A stretch of 64,000 nucleotides of DNA from the NCBI GenBank assembly GCA_965240325.2, contig OZ251230.1, positions 558,001-622,000 on the forward strand. Reading direction: 5' to 3'. Of this stretch, positions 57,559-64,000 are shown piece after piece; the stretch's first letter is position 1, and every line of letters starts with the position of its first letter. The DNA comes from Rebecca billardiae RCC1528. Taxonomy: Eukaryota; Protista; Haptophyta. The translations under genes and the position numbers were made by a program. The notes beneath the pieces are model-generated. The model saw only the letters and a program-made list of their open reading frames with translations. It made no database searches and was not told the DNA's origin.

Positions 57559-60500
57559 TGATGCCAATCTCCTTCGCGCGCGCGACGACGAAGAGCGAGC
57601 CGGGCGTGGGCGGCGTGCGCGAGGTCGGCTCGCGGTACGGCAGGATCTCCTCGTCCGCCGCGGCGCCCGCCTCGATCGCGAGCGCGTTCTCGCGCTCGAG
57701 CTGCTGCCGCGCGCGCGTGGCCGCCTCCGCGCCCAACGGAGGGACGACGCGCTCGGCGGGGGTGACGTCCTGCCGTCGGCGCGCGTACTCGTCCGCGCGC
57801 AGCAGGCAGGGCAACGCGTCGGCGCGCTGCGCGTCGCTGAGCTGCGCGTACGGCTTGACCTGGTACCGCGCGTGGAACGCCGGGTACGTGAAGCTCTGCA
57901 GCACGCGCGGCCGGCGCTGGTAGGCCTCGATCGGCCCATCGCTCCATCGCGTGTCGCCGGCGTCGACAGCGCCGCCACGTTTGAGGCCGCGCATGCGGCG
58001 CTCGGGCAGCGCGGTCGGCAGCCGCATCGCGCCCTCGCCGCGAGCGATCGCCAGCCCGAGCGTGCGCGTCACCATCTCGGGCGCGGCGACCACGCGGTTG
58101 GTGAAGCGCAGCTGCCGGCTGAGCGCCGAGCGTCCGGCGCGCCTGCGCATGCCGCTCGTCTCGCGCGTCGCGCCCGTGCCCTCCGGCTTGGCGATGTACT
58201 TGGCGATGTACTTGAGGAAGACGACGCCGCGCACGGCCTGCACGTTGATTGCCGCGCCCCATGCGGCGAGCCAGAGCGGGACGTACGGCGAGATGCGCCG
58301 ATCCTCCTCGCGCTCGCAGGTGTACACGAAGCGGCCGGTTTGCGCGTTGAGAGAGTTCGGCCGCAAGCCGGCCGCGCCGACCGTGAGCGGGAACGGGTAC
58401 GCGCTCTTGCAACGCCGCAGCGTCGCGCCCTTCTTGCCGCGGGTGCACTTGGGCACGCACTCGTGCGTCTGCCACCTGCGCACGCACTCGCGCCAAGCGT
58501 GCTGCGCCGCCGTGCGCGGCTCGCGCGGCAGGCAGTGCGTGATGGCGGCGATGCCCGGCGGCGGCTCGTCATCGGCGCGCGGCCGCGGCGGCGCCCCCTC
58601 GGCCTCGCCCATCTCGGCGTCGCCGGCCGCGTCGTCAGCGCCGTCGGCGCGGTCGGCAGTCGGTTCTTCGACCCACACCGCCATGTGCACGTGCAGCGAG
58701 CCGCGCGCCTGGTCCTCGTGGCGCAGAAACGTGTGCGTGATCTTGCCGAGCGGCGAGAGCACGCCTCGACTCAGGTAGCGCTTGAGAAACAGGTCGAGCC
58801 GGTGGTGGTAGTGCCGCGTCGCCTCGACGTACGCCTTTTCGTGGTGGTGGCCCCAGCAGGCGTTCGCAAGGTCGCACCAGCCCGACTCGTTCGCGGTGAG
58901 CGTCACAAAGTATTGCGGTGTGCGGTACTGCACCGCCATCGCCATCAGCTGGTGGTAGCGCTCGCGCCAGTAGCGCAAACTCCCCACGACGGCGCTGCCG
59001 ACGCGCCGCCCAAACGTCTCCTCCGTGGCGATGTGCTGCGCAGCGCCGGGCGCGGCGCCGTCGAGCGCCTGCGCGCGCTCGCGCACCTCGCCATCGAGCT
59101 TCGCCAGCTGCTCGGGCGTCAGCTTCGCCGCCACGTCGCCCTGCGCGAGCGTCACGCCGCCCGCGTGCATCGCGCGCTTGTTCGTCCGCTGATGCAGATA
59201 CATGAGCACCTCGGGCGCGCGCGCGAGCTGCACGTTGGGCGACGTGAGGCGAATGCGCTTGTAGTGGCCGAAGGAGACGTGACGGCGCTTGCGCGCGCCA
59301 TATCGGTCGCTGCCGAGGCAGCCGGGCGGCGGCGGCGCGTCGTCCGGATCCCCGTCCGAAGCCTCGTCGTCGGCGCGCCCTCCGGCCGACGCCGCCCAAA
59401 GCAGCGCCGCGTCGTCATCGTCGGCCGCGCCCTCGGCGCCGCGCTCGGGCTCGCGCACGTCGGGCTCGCGCCAACCGCCGAGGCCGTACCGGTACCACGC
59501 GGTGAGCACGGCCGTATCCGCTGTGCCGTCGTACGCGCCCGTCGCCGGCTCGCCCACCGCGCTGAAGGGCGCCGGGCGCGGCGGGCGGCGCTGCGCCTCG
59601 GCCGCCGCCGCCTCGGCGCGCGAGACCACCGTGCCGAGCGTCTGGTGGCGAAGCGCGTTGTGCGCGAGCAGCGCCTGCGGGTCAGGCTCGACGCCCGACT
59701 CGAGCACGCCCTCGAACGCGAAGGGTACGCCGTCGCCGCTCGGTCGCGGCGGTGGCGGCGCCGCCGGGTCGACCGCCTCCGCCTCCGCATCGGCGAGCGT
59801 CGCGTCCTCATAGTCGGCGATTGGCAGGCCGCTCGCGGCGAGCTGGTCGCCGAGCGCGCCCTCGGCCGGCGGGAACGGGTCTCGTAGGTTGCGCAGCAGC
59901 TCGCGCTCGAGGCACACGAGCATGTCGCGCACGAGCGGGTGCGTGCGCTTCAGCTCGTCCAGCGCGGCGCGCAGCCGGCGATCTCGATCGGTGCACGGCA
60001 TGCCCTCGCGACGAGAGGCCAGGATGACGTCCGACCAGCCCGCAAAGTCAGCGGGCAGCAGCAACCCGCCGCCGCCCATCGAGTCGTAGCCGTTGCCCAT
60101 CCTGCCCGCATAGCCTCGAAAGAGCGCGGACTCCATCTTCAGCACGGACAGCGCGAGCCGCTCCTCGACGGTGAGCGCAGCGAGGGCGGGCGGCAGCGGC
60201 ACGCCCAGGCCGGTGGGCTTGAGCTCGCCCTCGATCGAGGTGAAGCCGTCGCACAGGTCGAGGCGCGACGTCGACGTCGTGTGCACCGCAAACGGCTCGG
60301 TCGGCAGCTTGGTGGCCTGCGCGCACGGCGTGCACGACCACGCGGTGTGGTACTGCCGCCGCGAACGGCGCGTGTCGTAGCTGTTCTGCAGAAGCATGCG
60401 CGCCGCATACGCGCGCTCCTTGCCCTCCGCCTCCTCGTCCGGCGCAAAGTTGAAGAGGTCGGCGGCGACCATGGTGTGCTCGCGCTCGAGCTCGCGGATG

Positions 60501-63500
60501 AACGGCTGGTACACGCGGTACGCGCGCAGCGACTCGAGCGAGGTGGCGCCGACGACGGTGACGCGCCTGGCCTCCTTCGCGTACATCATCGTGCCGCAGC
60601 TGAAGCACACGCGGCACGGCCGATCGTCGTACATCGCGAGCGTCTCCGCGAGCACCCCCCACTGCTTCTCGTCGAGGTCGAGCTGCATGCTCCCGCCGAG
60701 CTGTTCGCGCTCGGCGGCGAGCGCGCGCACGGTGGAGAGGTGCTCGAGGCCCGACCCCACCGCCGCGTAGTACGCCGCGTGCGCCGAGCGGCGCCGCACC
60801 GCGTAGAGCGACTGGTCGCCGATCGCGTACGTCGTCACGATCACCTCGGGCGCGAGGTTGAACAGGTCCGCGTCGGCGGCCGTGCTGTCGGGTGGCAGCT
60901 CGCGCATCGTCGTCCGTCCGGCGCCGTCGTGCGAGACGTGGACGAGACGCAGCGGAGGCACCGCGCTCGCGTTGGCCGCGTCGCCCCCTCCCGCCGCCGC
61001 GACCGCCGCCGAGAGCTCCGCCACGATCGCGCCGATGGTAGTGTCGGCCGTCACGTCCGCGACCGTGATCGCCTCGCGCGGCGCGGGCGACGCGAGGAAC
61101 TGATCGGCGTGGACGCACGCCTCGCACGCCGAGCACACCTCGAGCGCGGTCGTGGCGCACGACGCGGTCTCGCCGCGTCCGTGCGCGCCACCCGCGCCAG
61201 CGCGTCCCGAGCCGCCGCCGTCGCCGCCGACCGTCGGCACGCCGCGGTCGCCCGTCGCAGTGCGGTCGCTCGCGTCACCGCCGACTCCGCCGCCGCCTGC
61301 TGCCGCGCCCAACCCCGCACCGCTGGCGCCGCCGGCCGCCCCTGCGGCGCGGCCCTCCGCGCCGCAGCTGCGCGGCTCGGAGCCGTCGCTCGAGTCCCCG
61401 CCGCCCCCGCCGCCGCCCGCGGCCGCACCCGCGCCGCCGGCCGCCGCCGCGTTGCAGCGCGCCGCGCCCCCAACGCCCATCGCAGACCCGTCACCCGAGT
61501 CATCGTCGCCGTCTCCGCCGCCGCCCGCGGCCGCGCCGGTCGCGCTCGCGCTCACGGCGGGGCCGACGCGCAAAAGGCACCGGCGCGCGCAGCACGTGCA
61601 GTCACCAATCGTGTCGGCCGTGCACGCCGACAGGATGATCTGCTCCTGGACCACGGTGAACGGAAACTCGTACGGAATGGTCGCGCGCTGCCGGCGACGA
61701 TCGATGCGCGCGCCTGGCGCGTAGTGCGCGCCCGGCTCGAGCGGCGTCCACACGCCGTGCAGGAGGCGCGTGCGCGGGCGCGAGTAGTCGACGCGATCGA
61801 CGGCCTCGGGGGGCTGCGCCGTGTCGAACTCGACGCGCAGCAGCCGCAGCGCCTCCGCCCGGTGCGCCTCGGGCATCCCGGCCGTGGCCGCGCGCAGCGC
61901 GGCAGTCGCGCTCGGCAGCTCGCCCGTCTCGGCCTCACACAGGCGCGCGCGCTCGGCAGGATCGGCGCAGCGTCGGACGAGCTCGCGCAGCTCGTCGTCT
62001 GCGTCGGCGGGGAAGAGCGTCGCGAGCAGCCGCGGCTCGAGCCTGTCCACGACCTCCCGCAGCCGCAGCAGCCGCTCCTTGCACGCCCTCGGCGTCTTCC
62101 CCTCGAATGCGGGCCACGCGCGCTGCGGTGTCGCGTGCAGCACGTGAGCATACTGCGTCTGCAGCAGGCCGATGTCCTGCTCGATCGTCCACGACGAGTC
62201 GTTCTGCGTGTAGAATCGCAGGACGCGCTCGTCGTGCATGGTGCGCAGCGCGGCGTGCAAGCGCCCGAACGCGCGCTCGGGCGAGTCCTCCGGCGAGAGC
62301 TCGCCCTGCGGCTCGGTGCCCGGCTGCCGCTCCCCCTGCGCGCCGCGCGCCGCCTGCGCGCCGCGCGCCGCGTGGGCGTCGACGCCCTCACAGCCGGTGG
62401 GCAACGAGGCCTCGGCCGTGTCGCCGAGCTGCGCGGCGGCGGGGCTGGTGGGGTCGACGTCCATGTCGGTCACGGACGGCTCCACCTCGTGCGCGCGCGG
62501 CGCCGCCTCGCCCGCGTCGGTGCCGCACGGCGAGCCGCCCGAGAGCGTGCTGAGCGGCCAGACGCAGGCGTGCGCGCGCGGCGCGTGCGCGCGCAAAAGG
62601 TCCTGCAGCTGGCGCGCGCACTGCGCGAGCGCGGGCTTCGACGCCTGCCGATGACGTTGCGACATGCTCTTGGCGGAGCGGCCGTCGAACTGCATGAAGA
62701 GCACGGCGAGCGCGTCGTCCACCGGCAGGCACAGCTCGCTCGCGTGCTCGTCGAGCACGGAGTGCAGCTGCGCGCGGCCCTCGGCCCCGAGCGCGCGCTG
62801 CAGAGCCTTGGGCCACGCGTCGCGTGCGCCCGGCGCGCTCGCCACCGAGTCGGCGGCGCGCGGCCGCTTGCCGGCGGCGGGGCGGCGAGGAAGCTCGACG
62901 CTCTTGGCCTGCAGACGCTCGAGCGCGTCGGCGCATTCGCCGCGCAGCAGGTTGTGCAGCGCCCAGCGATGCGACCGGCACTGCTGGGGCTTGAGGTCCG
63001 CGAGGAGCGCATGGCCGCCCGGCGGCGCGCCGACCACACCCGTCTCCAACACCGCGAGGCTCTGCTCGAGCGAGAAGAGCTGGGACTGCGAGCGCGAGCT
63101 GATGAGCGCGCACACGCGCGCATGCGCCTGGGCGCCGAGGACCTCCAGCAGCAACGTGGCCGGCGGCGACGATATGGCGCTCCCGTCAGCCGCCGCCTGC
63201 GTGGTGGATGGACGCCGCGTCGTCGACTCCGACCGCGTCAGGTGGGGCGCGCGGTGGTCAGCAGCTGCGGCGCCATCGCGCGTGCTCGGGGCACGGTGTG
63301 CGTCGGTCTGCGGGGCAGCCGTCGCAGCCGATACGGATGGAGCAGCGCCGCCGCGTGCGCTTGAAGCGCGGTGCGCGTCGAGCCGCTGGACGGCGGTGGG
63401 TGCGTGCTTCCCCAGCAGCGCGCGCAGGCGGTGACGATGCCTGCGGATCTGGTCTGGCGCGACACGGCTCAGCGCGGGATGCTCAGCGGCCGCGCCGTAG

Positions 63501-64000
63501 CCCAGCCCGGTCTCGAGCACGGCGAGGCTCTGCTCGACCGAGAAGTTCGAGGACTTGACGCGCGCCACGATGATATCGCGGACGGTTGCCAATCCGTCCA
63601 CGCCCAGCATCGCTGCCAGCGATGCGCCGCCGCCGCGCGCGCGCGCGTTGAGCCAGTCGCCGTCCACGTGCGCGCCGGGCCGCGCCACCAAACTTGGCGC
63701 CAAGTGCCCGCCCTGCTCGCCAGCTCCGCACGGTGGCGCCGTGTCCGCCTCGCTCGCCGCACGATCACGATGCGGTGCGCCAACGTGCGCGCACGGCACC
63801 GCGTACAGCGCGTGCGCCGCCACGGGCGCTGGGCGGCCCACGCGCGCGGCGCAGCCTGCCGCAGAGCAGCAGCCCGAGGCTGCCCGCGAGTGCTGCCCGG
63901 CAGAGGTTGACGCGATGCGGTCGTGCGACGGCGGCAGCTGCGGCGGCGGCGTCGAAGCGGGCTCGGCGCCGGCGATCGCACCCGGCGCGTACGCCATCGG
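57518..64000 (-). mobile_element. Helitron2/Helentron-type rolling-circle transposon (copy C), HUH Rep ORF truncated before the helicase
   Basis: GSLRYWRERYHQLMAM..PQYFVTLTANESGWCDL (motif 1); EDQARGSLHVHMAVW (HUH); QTHECVPKC..CKSAYP; ISPYVPLWLAAWGAAINVQ..YIAKYIAKPE (YxxxY); RVVAAPE; YQRRP. Upstream: CxxC pairs, PPALAALTVEE and LRAALDELKRTHPL (DUF6570-like). The element continues past the window end. Confidence 0.92.

Noticed and set aside
57518-60000. Replitron or natural helicase-less HUH transposon
   Set aside because: Motifs are Helitron2-type and the ORF ends at a rearrangement junction, so lack of a helicase is better explained by truncation.
57530-63364. Long plus-strand ORFs (785 and 1141 aa) and similar Arg/Ala-rich ORFs across the window
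   Set aside because: Antisense or frame-shifted shadows of real genes, expected at this GC content.

Overview
Very GC-rich eukaryotic nuclear DNA with compact genes, short GT-AG introns (donors often GTGCGC, acceptors GCAG) and AT-richer TAG/CTA-rich intergenic islands. Composition and gene style suggest a haptophyte-like alga such as Pavlovales; this is inference. Most entries in the ORF track are GC-driven shadow ORFs or read through stop-free introns. Host genes in 2-51 kb: a giant FAD amine oxidase with Tudor-like, RING-variant and PHD modules (LSD1/KDM1-like, no SWIRM seen); plastid-type Obg GTPase; small ankyrin protein; a two-repeat 6TM-CNBD-ankyrin ion channel with two different pore filters; secreted 2OG-Fe(II) oxygenase; EF-hand multipass membrane protein; NUB1; AFG2/SPATA5 AAA ATPase; F-box protein; small EF-hand-like protein; LTA4H-like M1 aminopeptidase; a GT11/GT23-like protein. 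The last 11.5 kb is a rearranged rolling-circle (Helitron2/Helentron-type HUH Rep) locus. It has three copies of the element's 5' coding region, two of which form an 872-bp inverted repeat. The Rep is cut off just before the expected helicase and carries a repeated helical N-terminal module (first unit hypervariable between copies) plus a ubiquitin-like domain. A 48-bp unit occurs four times as circularly permuted fragments, and a minisatellite plus hairpin block lies at the window start.
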